Virus record (IMG/VR): IMGVR_UViG_3300044712_001034
Span: 30,080 to 94,079 of that record
Origin: a virus
Reading direction: 5' to 3' (one strand)
DNA: 64,000 nt
A model generated the notes under the pieces. It was not told the DNA's origin. It did no database searches and saw only the letters and a list, made by a program, of their open reading frames with translations. The position numbers and the translations under genes were made by a program. Positions 1 to 7,823 of the stretch are shown piece by piece (the first letter of the stretch is position 1; every line of letters starts with the position of its first letter).

Positions 1-587
1 CCAGACCACTTAGCAAGCTTGTTGATTGGAACGATTTCATTGTCTGCAATCTCAATTCGTGATTGTTCAATATTAATACCACCTGTTCCAAAGCGTCCTT
101 TGTTAGCAATATTTGTTTTTTCAGATATTGGTTTTCTCGCCATAATGATAGGCTCAAAAGCAGGTTTAAGGTTAGTACCCCAACCATCACCAAGATCGTG
201 AGACTTAGGAAATCCTTGTCCATATAACCATCCTATTGTATCTCTAATTTCAAATCCAGCATCTTCAATAGCTACTGTGATTCTGTGAAATGTTCTTGTT
301 CCACCAAAAGCTAATAGATAAGCTCCGGGCTTCATAACTCTAAATACTTCAGCCCAAAATATAGGGTCTTTTTCTATTCCAGTTCCATCCCATTCTTGCC
401 CCAAAAATCCTTTAGATAATCTCTGGTATCTACCATCTTTTCCTTCTTTTGCAGGAGCAGAATCTTTATCTCCAAATCGTTTAGTAATAGAAGTTAGTCC
501 ATAAGGAGGATCTGTTACACAAGAAGAAAAATAGTTATTTTCAAATGTTTTTAGAACTTCCCTACTATCTCCGTTTATTAGTCTCAT
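1..587 (-). CDS. DNA N6-adenine/N4-cytosine methyltransferase (runs off window, not in ORF track)
   Basis: Manual translation from ATG at 587: MRLINGDSREVLKTFENNYFSSCVTDPPYG...WAEVFRVMKPGAYLLAFGGTRTFHR; DPPY catalytic motif. Confidence 0.9.
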   Translation of the reverse strand, partial: MRLINGDSREVLKTFENNYFSSCVTDPPYGLTSITKRFGDKDSAPAKEGKDGRYQRLSKGFLGQEWDGTGIEKDPIFWAEVFRVMKPGAYLLAFGGTRTFHRITVAIEDAGFEIRDTIGWLYGQGFPKSHDLGDGWGTNLKPAFEPIIMARKPISEKTNIANKGRFGTGGINIEQSRIEIADNEIVPINKLAKWS

Positions 588-982
588 TAAAATTTTCCTT
601 TTTCTCCAACCTTAAATCTATCAGAATCTATAAGTTCTTTGCGAAGATCATATACAAGTTTTTCTGCTTCTTCTCTTGACTTGGCTATTACATGAGCACT
701 TAGAACTGCGGGTTGCATACTTCCGGGAACAACATTCCAAAAACTATAAAAACCTGGTTCTGGAAGATAAGTATAAAACAACGACAAAGAGTCAGTTTTA
801 CCTACTCCAAAATCAAAACCAATTCTACCTTCATCTACATAGTGCTTATTAACATCTATTTCAAATTCCTCTAAAATCATACCAAACATATTGGCATATT
901 TTTCAGCATACTCTTTTTCAGAAAACACTGAGTCAATCATGGATTCATAACCACCAGTAGAAACTATGTATATATTAGCCAT
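587..982 (-). CDS. hypothetical protein
   Basis: 131-aa ORF, stop overlaps next start (TAATG). Confidence 0.7.
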   Translation of the reverse strand: MANIYIVSTGGYESMIDSVFSEKEYAEKYANMFGMILEEFEIDVNKHYVDEGRIGFDFGVGKTDSLSLFYTYLPEPGFYSFWNVVPGSMQPAVLSAHVIAKSREEAEKLVYDLRKELIDSDRFKVGEKGKF

Positions 983-1151
983 TTGACATTCCTTTTCGTT
1001 TATTGTCCTGTTCTTCTATTTCTTCTTTAGTTTTATCTCTAGAAGTTTCACCTAAAACTTTGTGACATTTATCACATATTTCTCTATAATATATTTTGAA
1101 TGTTCCAAAATCTATTTCATGAGTTGTAGTTCTTTCGTGCTGACATTCCAT
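975..1151 (-). CDS. small putative Zn-binding protein (58 aa)
   Basis: Manual translation MECQHERTT...EICDKCHKV; CxH...CxxC; overlaps neighbours. Confidence 0.6.
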   Translation of the reverse strand: MECQHERTTTHEIDFGTFKIYYREICDKCHKVLGETSRDKTKEEIEEQDNKRKGMSNG

Positions 1152-1375
1152 TACTGTGTTCCTTCGATAAATGGTTCCGAACCTCCGGGCGGAGATTGTT
1201 GGGGTAAATTTCCACTATCAAATACTCCGGGAGGAACACAACAATTCTGTCCCTGCGGATTTACTTTTGGTAATGGATTTGGTAATCCACCACTATTGCC
1301 TAGAAACAAAAAGGCAACAAAAGCAACTAACGCAATAAGTAAAACTACAATAATAACTGGTTTTGCCTGTTTCAT
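1151..1375 (-). CDS. small membrane-anchored Pro/Gly-rich protein
   Basis: Start reassigned to MKQAKP (SD AAGGAG); N-terminal hydrophobic helix; longer ORF start overlaps tRNA-Gln. Confidence 0.65.
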   Translation of the reverse strand: MKQAKPVIIVVLLIALVAFVAFLFLGNSGGLPNPLPKVNPQGQNCCVPPGVFDSGNLPQQSPPGGSEPFIEGTQ

Positions 1376-1399
1376 TAAAACTCCTTTTCTAAAGATTAG

Positions 1400-1472
1400 C
1401 GGAGGCGTACAGAATCGAACTGCAATTTCCTGATCCAGAGTCAAGCGTCTTTGTCCGTTAGACCACGCCCCT
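1400..1472 (-). tRNA. tRNA-Gln(CTG)
   Basis: Cloverleaf; CTTGA-CT CTG GA-TCAGG; T loop TTCGATT. Confidence 0.9.
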
Positions 1473-1476
1473 ATAG

Positions 1477-1547
1477 CAGTAAGGTAGAGACTTGAACTCT
1501 AATCAACCATTTTGGAGACGGTTATTCTACCATTGAACTACCTCACT
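1477..1547 (-). tRNA. tRNA-Trp(CCA)
   Basis: ACCGT-CT CCA AA-ATGGT; T loop TTCAAGT. Confidence 0.9.
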
Positions 1548-1552
1548 ATTTA

Positions 1553-1624
1553 TGGACACATAGGGAGTCGAACCCTAAACTTCTGATTGCAAAACAGATG
1601 TGTTCCCGCTAGCACCATGCGCCC
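1553..1624 (-). tRNA. tRNA-Ala(TGC)
   Basis: TCTGT-TT TGC AA-TCAGA; G3:U70 in acceptor stem. Confidence 0.9.
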
Positions 1625-1629
1625 TTATT

Positions 1630-1713
1630 GCATACCCGGCACAGCGGAGTGTTTACGTTGCTTCGGTTTCTTTTAATTACGTTTTCCGTCAACAACCGTC
1701 CTTGATAGTACGC
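1630..1713 (-). ncRNA. candidate structured RNA A in tRNA array
   Basis: Closing stem GCGTACT/GGTATGC, inner stems GTTGTT/AGCAAC and CGG/CCG; flanked directly by tRNAs. Confidence 0.45.
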
Positions 1714-1716
1714 CAG

Positions 1717-1788
1717 TGGAGAAAGAAAGAATTGCACTTTCATTACTCGCGTATCAGACGAGTTTCCTATCTGTTGAAAGATTTCTCC
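1717..1788 (-). tRNA. tRNA-Ile(GAT), atypical T loop
   Basis: CTCGT-CT GAT AC-GCGAG; acceptor GGAGAAA/TTTCTCC; T loop TGCAATT. Confidence 0.8.
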
Positions 1789-1791
1789 AAG

Positions 1792-1864
1792 TGATCCTAA
1801 GTAGATTCGAACTACCAACCTCCGGTATGTAACGCCGATGCTCTGACCGTTGAGCTATAGGATC
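1792..1864 (-). tRNA. tRNA-Val(TAC)
   Basis: TCGGC-GT TAC AT-ACCGG; T loop TTCGAAT. Confidence 0.85.
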
Positions 1865-1868
1865 TTAG

Positions 1869-1940
1869 TGTGATTGAATGATTTTGAAACATTGACCTTC
1901 TCATTTTCAGTGAGACGCTCTACCTCTGAGCTACAACCAC
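1869..1940 (-). tRNA. tRNA-Phe(GAA)
   Basis: TCTCA-CT GAA AA-TGAGA; D arm GCTC/GAGC. Confidence 0.85.
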
Positions 1941-1944
1941 TTAG

Positions 1945-2018
1945 CCGGGGAAGCAGGATTTGAACCTGTGATCACTCGCTCCCAAAGCGAGGGTGTTACC
2001 AAACTGCACTATTCCCCG
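1945..2018 (-). tRNA. tRNA-Pro(TGG)
   Basis: CTCGC-TT TGG GA-GCGAG; acceptor CGGGGAA/TTCCCCG. Confidence 0.9.
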
Positions 2019-2021
2019 TAA

Positions 2022-2138
2022 CCGTCTGTAATCAGGCCGCTCTATTACGTAATGTTCATCCAATACAGGACAGGTCAAATGCAATCTGCTGAACCTTACG
2101 TTACGTCTTAGTGTCGATAGCCCTCATTGTACAGACGG
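2022..2138 (-). ncRNA. candidate structured rod-like RNA B in tRNA array
   Basis: 9-bp closing stem CCGTCTGTA/TACAGACGG, central bubble, inner helix ACGTAA-G-GTTCA/TGAAC-A-TTACGT. Confidence 0.6.
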
Positions 2139-2141
2139 AGG

Positions 2142-2214
2142 CGATCTTAAGGGGACTCGAACCCCTAACCTATTCATCGACAGTGAATTGCTCTAGCCAT
2201 TGAGCTATAAGACC
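2142..2214 (-). tRNA. tRNA-Asp(GTC)
   Basis: ATTCA-CT GTC GA-TGAAT; G73. Confidence 0.9.
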
Positions 2215-2218
2215 AAGG

Positions 2219-2290
2219 CTCCCCGACCAGGAATCGAACCTAGACCTAGTGGTTAACAGCCACTCGTCCTGCCAATTAGACCATCGGAAA
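2219..2290 (-). tRNA. tRNA-Asn(GTT)
   Basis: AGTGG-CT GTT AA-CCACT. Confidence 0.9.
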
Positions 2291-2294
2291 ACAA

Positions 2295-2366
2295 GGTGAC
2301 AAATGAGATTTGAACTCATAACATTCTTATCCACAATAAGACGTTCTACCATTGAACTATTGCCAC
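2295..2366 (-). tRNA. tRNA-His(GTG)
   Basis: TCTTA-TT GTG GA-TAAGA; C73. Confidence 0.9.
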
Positions 2367-2368
2367 AG

Positions 2369-2435
2369 TTGCGGGGGTGGAAGTCGAATCCACGTTAATA
2401 GGTTATGAGCCTAGGGGTTTCCGAAACTCCCCGCA
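2369..2435 (-). tRNA. tRNA-Met(CAT), initiator-like, minimal D arm
   Basis: Acceptor TGCGGGG/CCCCGCA; TAGG-CT CAT AA-CCTA; D arm GTTT-CGG-AAAC. Confidence 0.75.
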
Positions 2436-2556
2436 GTATTTTAATGTAATTCATAATAAGTTAGTAAGATAATTCCAGCAATTAGTAATACTGCTATAAT
2501 AACGATTACTATTACTTTTAATAAACCTTTTAGAATATCCATATTATTCTCCTTAG

Positions 2557-2627
2557 TCCCCGATGATTGAATTGAACAATCTCTAGCGCCTTATAAGAGC
2601 GATTTGCTTCCGTTACAACAATCGGGG
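2557..2627 (-). tRNA. tRNA-Ile(TAT)
   Basis: Acceptor CCCCGAT/ATCGGGG, A73; TCGCT-CT TAT AA-GGCGC; T arm GATTG-TTCAATT-CAATC. Confidence 0.8.
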
Positions 2628-2632
2628 TTAGG

Positions 2633-2705
2633 TGCTCCTAGTGGAATTCGAATCCACATCTTAGGATTGAGAGTCCTAAATACTAGTCCGTTATACGATA
2701 GGAGC
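2633..2705 (-). tRNA. tRNA-Glu(CTC)
   Basis: TAGGA-CT CTC AA-TCCTA. Confidence 0.9.
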
Positions 2706-2720
2706 TTATTCAATTGTTAT

Positions 2721-2969
2721 TTACCCCCGTTTACAAAGTTCAAAATATTTATTCCAGAATAGAGTCCTTGTCTCTCTATCAAAAGGCTGAATAGCCCTAG
2801 TGAAAGCAAGTTTTCTACCTTCAGCTTTTACAAACTGATCCACCTTTGAACAAACTGACTGACCTAGCCACCCACCATTATCTGTATGAATGTAGCAATC
2901 TACAACCCTACGATGTTTACCATCTTCACTATACTTGAAACTTACTTCGTAATCATTTACCTTAAACAT
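2721..2969 (-). CDS. hypothetical phage protein
   Basis: Start reassigned to MFKVND (SD AGGAG); CSxxDQFxKxxGRKLAFxRA motif seen in small phage proteins. Confidence 0.65.
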   Translation of the reverse strand: MFKVNDYEVSFKYSEDGKHRRVVDCYIHTDNGGWLGQSVCSKVDQFVKAEGRKLAFTRAIQPFDRETRTLFWNKYFELCKRG

Positions 2970-3108
2970 TCTGCATCTCCTGTGATCTAGTTTCTCCGCA
3001 ATTTGCACACTTTTCTACTCGTAACCATCCTATTACTTTACCCTCATAATTCTGAACAGGCTCTACATGAGAGTAAACCCACAAATGAACACACTCTTTT
3101 TCATCCAT
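2962..3108 (-). CDS. small putative Zn-binding protein (48 aa)
   Basis: Manual translation MDEKECVHLW...EKCANCGE; SD AAGGAG. Confidence 0.6.
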   Translation of the reverse strand: MDEKECVHLWVYSHVEPVQNYEGKVIGWLRVEKCANCGETRSQEMQNV

Positions 3109-3136
3109 ACCAACTCCTTTATAGTTTAGAATAAGG

Positions 3137-3210
3137 CGCACCGGATAGGACTTGAACCTACAACCGTTAGCTTAGAAGGCTACTGCTCTGTCCTGTTGAG
3201 CTACTGGTGC
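3137..3210 (-). tRNA. tRNA-Arg(TCT)
   Basis: GTAGC-CT TCT AA-GCTAA; T loop TTCAAGT. Confidence 0.9.
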
Positions 3211-3245
3211 ATGTGAGAGCTTGTCTCTCTCACTTTCTTACATAT

Positions 3246-3273
3246 ATTATACTCATTATTTTGAGTTTGTCAA
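3246..3273 (-). promoter_or_regulatory. sigma70-type promoter for tRNA array
   Basis: TTGACA-N16-TATAAT just upstream of tRNA-Arg. Confidence 0.85.
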
Positions 3274-3286
3274 GTACCAATTTTGA

Positions 3287-3499
3287 CTAAGTTGGGTCTT
3301 CGAATGTAAACTGACAGATAAGCCTTAGTAAAGCGTGTAAATTATCCCGCTTGAACGTTGGTAATGGTACTGAGTTATACAAGTCAGTAGGCCACGACTT
3401 GTGACAATAGTAAAACACGTACTCTCCATTTAGAAATGCAATATTAAAATCATAACCATGTGCCACAAACTCGTTTAAAACATCTTCTAGCTCTGTCAT
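3287..3499 (-). CDS. hypothetical protein
   Basis: 70-aa ORF in operon context. Confidence 0.6.
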   Translation of the reverse strand: MTELEDVLNEFVAHGYDFNIAFLNGEYVFYYCHKSWPTDLYNSVPLPTFKRDNLHALLRLICQFTFEDPT

Positions 3500-3663
3500 A
3501 TTTCTAAACTCGCTTCCTTCTCTTCCCTTCTACGCTTGATAGCTTCAGCACGCTTCTTCTTCTCTTCTTCAAGAAGGAATACTGAACGCCCATCCACCTG
3601 ATGCCCAGTTCTCCTGCGGTTGATCTTTCTATCTCTACGCAACGCTTTATAAATACTAGGCAT
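3496..3663 (-). CDS. small basic protein (55 aa)
   Basis: Manual translation MPSIYKALRRDRKINRRRTG...EEKKKRAEAIKRRREEK; overlaps both neighbours. Confidence 0.6.
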   Translation of the reverse strand: MPSIYKALRRDRKINRRRTGHQVDGRSVFLLEEEKKKRAEAIKRRREEKEASLEI

Positions 3664-4049
3664 TAAATTTTCTCCATATTCCAGTAAGGAGCTTCATTTG
3701 TAGTGTAATAAATTTTTTTTACACCGAACTTTTTTAGTTCAGCTAAACAATATTCACAAGGTCTGGACATCTTTATATTACCTTTTTTATCTTCTCTATA
3801 AATGTACATTGTAGTCTTATCTAAGTAGTCTTTACCAGAAGTAGCTAACGCACAAACTTCTGCATGAGTAGTATCAAATCTTGTTATGAATTTTTTGTTA
3901 GGAGCTTTAGTCTTATTAAACCCAACTGAAATGGGCTTATCTTTTCTAAGAAGAACTGCTCCTACTTTTATTCTGTGTTCCGAATATTTACTTGTATTTT
4001 TTGCTAATTTAAACCACCGCAAATGCGGGTCAGAATCTATATTCATCAT
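3663..4049 (-). CDS. cytidine/deoxycytidylate deaminase family protein
   Basis: HAE and PCEYC zinc motifs, VGAV strand. Confidence 0.85.
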   Translation of the reverse strand: MMNIDSDPHLRWFKLAKNTSKYSEHRIKVGAVLLRKDKPISVGFNKTKAPNKKFITRFDTTHAEVCALATSGKDYLDKTTMYIYREDKKGNIKMSRPCEYCLAELKKFGVKKIYYTTNEAPYWNMEKI

Positions 4050-4302
4050 AATAGGGAACTACCTTTGTATTATCCAGTGCGTTTTTTAAACTATTGTAAA
4101 GCTTTTTATACTTTTCATCGTTGTATAGTATATCATTATCAATTTGAAATTTAATACCTGATCTACCAGTATGATCTGCTATTATTATATTAACAGTCAT
4201 ATTTCCATTCAAATCCTGGTAAGTTTGCACTTCTTCAACGAGACTGGTATAGCTGTAAATAAGTTCAAATAATTGATTTAAACCTACAGACCTTGAGTTC
4301 AT
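4030..4302 (-). CDS. hypothetical protein
   Basis: 90-aa ORF with SD GAGGG. Confidence 0.6.
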   Translation of the reverse strand: MNSRSVGLNQLFELIYSYTSLVEEVQTYQDLNGNMTVNIIIADHTGRSGIKFQIDNDILYNDEKYKKLYNSLKNALDNTKVVPYYDEYRF

Positions 4303-4448
4303 TCACCCTCTATGGAAAAATACTTGGTACATTCATACCAGTTACAATAAAGAATAAGATATGAAGTATATCAAAACCTAGCACTACTAAAAAGATACCT
4401 AGTGCAAGCTTTAATACATTTTTTATTAGATATTTAGCAAAACCCATT

Positions 4449-4652
4449 TTACTTCCTTCCGAATTTAGTTAGTCCTGCTTTAATTAGTTCATTAAAGCTA
4501 TCTTTATCTAGAGATACAAAGAACTCTTTGCTAAGCTCCGAATTTTTTATAACTAACATTATATTCTTCGGAGCTTCTTCATCCTCTTTTACAATAAGAT
4601 TAGTATGACAAAGCTTTGAACCGCAATTGCAAGCTATGGTTGTTTGCTTCAT
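4449..4652 (-). CDS. hypothetical protein with CxCxxxxC motif
   Basis: 67-aa ORF. Confidence 0.6.
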   Translation of the reverse strand: MKQTTIACNCGSKLCHTNLIVKEDEEAPKNIMLVIKNSELSKEFFVSLDKDSFNELIKAGLTKFGRK

Positions 4653-4828
4653 ATAACACTACCTACCATTCTAAATATCTCGTCTGTTATAGATTTATCT
4701 GTTTCTCTTTCTAATCCAGTAGGAGATATTTTATAAACCACTTTGCATAAACTACAATATCTATATGCTCTGCTATATAACCAAATGTACTTTAGACAAC
4801 CATTACAATGCTCACACTTATTCATAAA

Positions 4829-5152
4829 CTATCCGCGAGTTTTTCTATACTCGTTCATATTATTAGTGGTGTCATATGCCATCATAGAAACTACAGCACC
4901 TATTCCAACACGCACTACATAAAGTAATACTCCCTGCCAGTTCATCCCTAATACTGGATCTGCACTAGGAAAGCCAATTGCTACTAAAGCAAAAGGAGCT
5001 AAAGCATTTAATACTGGTAGCATAATTGCGTAAAAAGCAAAAGGAAAATCATAATTTGGGTTTTTTATTACCCACTTTCTCCAAACCATTTTCACAACTT
5101 GCAAAACTGCCGCAGATAAAGCACCAGAAGTCAACGTAATTGAATTATCCAT
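4829..5152 (-). CDS. three-helix membrane protein (holin-like size)
   Basis: Start MDNSIT after SD GGAGG; three hydrophobic segments. Confidence 0.6.
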   Translation of the reverse strand: MDNSITLTSGALSAAVLQVVKMVWRKWVIKNPNYDFPFAFYAIMLPVLNALAPFALVAIGFPSADPVLGMNWQGVLLYVVRVGIGAVVSMMAYDTTNNMNEYRKTRG

Positions 5153-5153
5153 C

Positions 5154-5720
5154 CTATCCTCCAAATAAATTCTTTTTATAAGTCTCTTCAAAAAGCACAT
5201 CTAGCTGTTTGTACAGACTAGCATAAACATCTGTGTTATTAATCACATAGTCAAACTTGTAGTAATCTAACTCTGTTTCACTAACCTCTTCATATTCCTT
5301 TGTTCCTTTTAGAATTTCCCTATTTGGGGCTTCTATTCTAACTGTATAAACTTGATAAAGAGGATTATCTTTTATATATTCAACCTCGTTATTAAACCTA
5401 CAATCATCTACAAAAACAAAGTCAAATGGATATAGTGTTCTGCTAGGAAGATCTTTATCAATTAGATTACTAACCCAAATATAAGGATAATAATTTCTAG
5501 CAGTTTGACCTATACCTTGAAGAAGTGCTCTACCTTTTAGATCTTTATTCCCATCCCAATTGAAGCACTCCCTAGCTACCCTCTTTAATGAGCTAGCAAA
5601 TGAACCTATTACTACAGATCGCTCTAAGTCATAAGCCTTGTTATACAAATACCTAGCGGAGGTTGTCTTTCCTACTCCTGCGTGTCCAGACAATAATACA
5701 CATATACTCTTGTTCATCAT
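5154..5720 (-). CDS. deoxynucleoside monophosphate kinase
   Basis: P-loop GHAGVGKT, FASSLK, RALLQxxG, DDCRFNNE, SE motif. Confidence 0.85.
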   Translation of the reverse strand: MMNKSICVLLSGHAGVGKTTSARYLYNKAYDLERSVVIGSFASSLKRVARECFNWDGNKDLKGRALLQGIGQTARNYYPYIWVSNLIDKDLPSRTLYPFDFVFVDDCRFNNEVEYIKDNPLYQVYTVRIEAPNREILKGTKEYEEVSETELDYYKFDYVINNTDVYASLYKQLDVLFEETYKKNLFGG

Positions 5721-5929
5721 TCTGTTATCTCCGATAAAATCCCTTCTATAACTTTTTTAGAAATAAAATTATTCATAATCAAAAATTTAATCAAGAAAGA
5801 TAAAGTAGGAATTTCAATGACTATAACATTGTGCGATGATACAAAGAACTCAGGAGAACCTAATTGTTTTATGATTAGGGTATCTCTGTTGGGGAGTTTT
5901 GTAACTGTTAGCCTTGTCCTTTCTTCCAT
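5717..5929 (-). CDS. hypothetical protein
   Basis: 70-aa ORF, coupled. Confidence 0.6.
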   Translation of the reverse strand: MEERTRLTVTKLPNRDTLIIKQLGSPEFFVSSHNVIVIEIPTLSFLIKFLIMNNFISKKVIEGILSEITE

Positions 5930-5940
5930 ATCTATATTCC

Positions 5941-6687
5941 TTATACAGATTTTCTTGTAAATCTAGCAAATGGTGATAGCTTATTATGAAGCTTTTCTAA
6001 AATCTCTACATCACCTACGTTATGTGCTAAAACTTCAGATAAAGCCTCTGAATCTCCATATTTAGCTCGATTCCAAGTTGATTTATCTAGTGGAGTTTTA
6101 CCCGGAATATTCAAGTAATAGCAAACATTCTCTAATCTCTTACTAGACAAACTAGCCAGTTTGGATTTACAAAGATAGTAAAGATCGAAGTGATACAAGT
6201 CTGGAAAAGACTTAGTATAAACTTCTCCATTAGATCTTTCTACCTGCTCACTAGTATATCCAGGAAACCATAAATCATAGTGTAACGCTTTAGCCCTTAG
6301 AAACGTTAGATCAAATATAGTTCCATAGTATGTAACGATTATAGCATACTTTTTCATTTCGTCAATGCAAGATTGAACAAGTCTTTTATCAGGGGAGGAT
6401 GAATTTTCAAACAACTCCTTTTTAGTAATTGTATCAAAGTATACTGGTCCATCTTTTTCTTTAATGCACCAAGATAACATTGTAGCAAAATCTGATTTTA
6501 GACCATCACTTTCTATGTCTAAATATCCGATACGCAAATCTTCAAATTGATACCAAGGCTTGCCATATTCTTCTTCAATCTTTCTTGCTTTATCCTCATT
6601 TACATTACCAGACGCAAAACAAGCTGGATGAGTTTCTATAGAATGACGATGACTACAAGTTAGATTTTCAATTAATTTTTTTAGCAT
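5941..6687 (-). CDS. DnaQ/RNase H-like 3'-5' exonuclease (YprB-like)
   Basis: ExoI LDIES, ExoII YYGTIFD, ExoIII HNVGDV. Confidence 0.8.
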   Translation of the reverse strand: MLKKLIENLTCSHRHSIETHPACFASGNVNEDKARKIEEEYGKPWYQFEDLRIGYLDIESDGLKSDFATMLSWCIKEKDGPVYFDTITKKELFENSSSPDKRLVQSCIDEMKKYAIIVTYYGTIFDLTFLRAKALHYDLWFPGYTSEQVERSNGEVYTKSFPDLYHFDLYYLCKSKLASLSSKRLENVCYYLNIPGKTPLDKSTWNRAKYGDSEALSEVLAHNVGDVEILEKLHNKLSPFARFTRKSV

Positions 6688-7109
6688 TTATTTTCCTCAT
6701 AATATGGTTTTTTCATAAGCTTATGCCTAAACTTGGATAGCATGTATCTCTCTAATTTTCTAACCTGTTCGGGAGATAAGTTATGCTTTTGTTTCATATA
6801 ATTTAAATATCCAGCATCAGTAAATATCCCACCTAGACTTGCACCTAACTTAGAGCATAAGTTTATAAAAGCGTAATCAAAAAACTGATCTGTTTTATAT
6901 TTATTGTTTGGAACCGAAACTCCTAATAAATCCTCTAACGATAAATATTTATTAAGGACAATTAGATCTACAGATGTAAGTGAGTTTGCATTGTATAACC
7001 TTTTGATCGCTTGCTCTAAAGTAAGCAAATCAATATACTCATTTGAATCTATATTTCCCTGTTCCTTAATTTCATAACTATGTATTAGTAGATCACCTAC
7101 GTACCACAT
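6681..7109 (-). CDS. hypothetical protein
   Basis: 142-aa ORF with SD AAGGAG. Confidence 0.6.
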   Translation of the reverse strand: MWYVGDLLIHSYEIKEQGNIDSNEYIDLLTLEQAIKRLYNANSLTSVDLIVLNKYLSLEDLLGVSVPNNKYKTDQFFDYAFINLCSKLGASLGGIFTDAGYLNYMKQKHNLSPEQVRKLERYMLSKFRHKLMKKPYYEENKC

Positions 7110-7121
7110 ATAAATTCTCCT

Positions 7122-7823
7122 TTATAGATCCCTATTACAGATTCCTATGAAATTACATCTATAACATGAACCATTAAAGTAACCTTCTCTGTAATAGGTA
7201 TCTGCTTTGATATGTGCTACTAGTTTAGGAATAATACTGTTATATAAGGTATCTATGTATGTTTGATTTGGATAATAAGTATTTAGTTCTCCTTTTGCTA
7301 AGTTTACTTGATAAACTGCATTTGGATAATGTCCGAACACTTTTTTATACATTGTGTAATAAATAATGTATTGTATATCGTTACTGATATTCTTTTTTGT
7401 TTGTCCTGTTTTCCAATCAATAACAATACCATCATCCTTGAAAATATAATCTATCTTTCCAGCTAAAGAAACATCGTCACTCAACTTCTCATTGAACCAG
7501 TACTCTTTATAGTCATGCTCTTTGAATACTGGTGGCCTACCTCTTTCTTGCTCAAAAGCTGAAGGAAACCAATGTATAAAATTACTTAGACTGTTATCTA
7601 ATCTTTCAACTAGAAGATGGTCAAAGTCATGATCTCTAATCAAACCTGCTCTTGTTTCTTTGTAATCACTTCCATCGTAATGCAGTTCTATTATTTTATG
7701 AACTGCTGTACCTACTGCACCTTCGGGAGTGACAATACTTTCTTCTGGAAAGTTTTTGTAGTAATAAAACATCTTACTACATTTTATAAAATTATTAATT
7801 GATGTAGCTGATAGTCTAATCAT
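7122..7823 (-). CDS. PD-(D/E)XK (Cas4/RecB-like) nuclease
   Basis: LSATS..C, GTAVH, GKID, IDWKTG, QxxxY, C-terminal CxxC..C. Confidence 0.88.
   Translation of the reverse strand: MIRLSATSINNFIKCSKMFYYYKNFPEESIVTPEGAVGTAVHKIIELHYDGSDYKETRAGLIRDHDFDHLLVERLDNSLSNFIHWFPSAFEQERGRPPVFKEHDYKEYWFNEKLSDDVSLAGKIDYIFKDDGIVIDWKTGQTKKNISNDIQYIIYYTMYKKVFGHYPNAVYQVNLAKGELNTYYPNQTYIDTLYNSIIPKLVAHIKADTYYREGYFNGSCYRCNFIGICNRDL

Noticed and set aside
1625-1716. Theta/HDV-like or twister ribozyme, or SAM-I riboswitch, after tRNA-Ile
   Set aside because: Only fragments match; no room for P4, J4/2 and P2' of an HDV fold, no twister pseudoknot partners, no SAM-I P1 3' strand
2022-2138. 5S rRNA
   Set aside because: Similar length, but loop C CCGAAC and the 5S helix order are absent
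1062-2352. ORFs 1062-1433, 1600-1794, 1609-1818, 2170-2352
   Set aside because: Overlap tRNA genes or lie antisense to better-supported features
1400-3210. Stop-codon recoding or suppressor tRNA
   Set aside because: No CTA, TTA or TCA anticodon; core genes are full length in the standard code and several end in TAG or TGA
3663-4049. Deaminase as tRNA C-to-U editor repairing A.C mismatches in Gln, Arg and Val
   Set aside because: Other mismatch types (U.U, U.C, G.A) are just as common; proximity to a dNMP kinase fits nucleotide metabolism
7122-7823. CRISPR-Cas system
   Set aside because: Cas4-like nuclease is solitary; no repeat-spacer array or other cas genes seen
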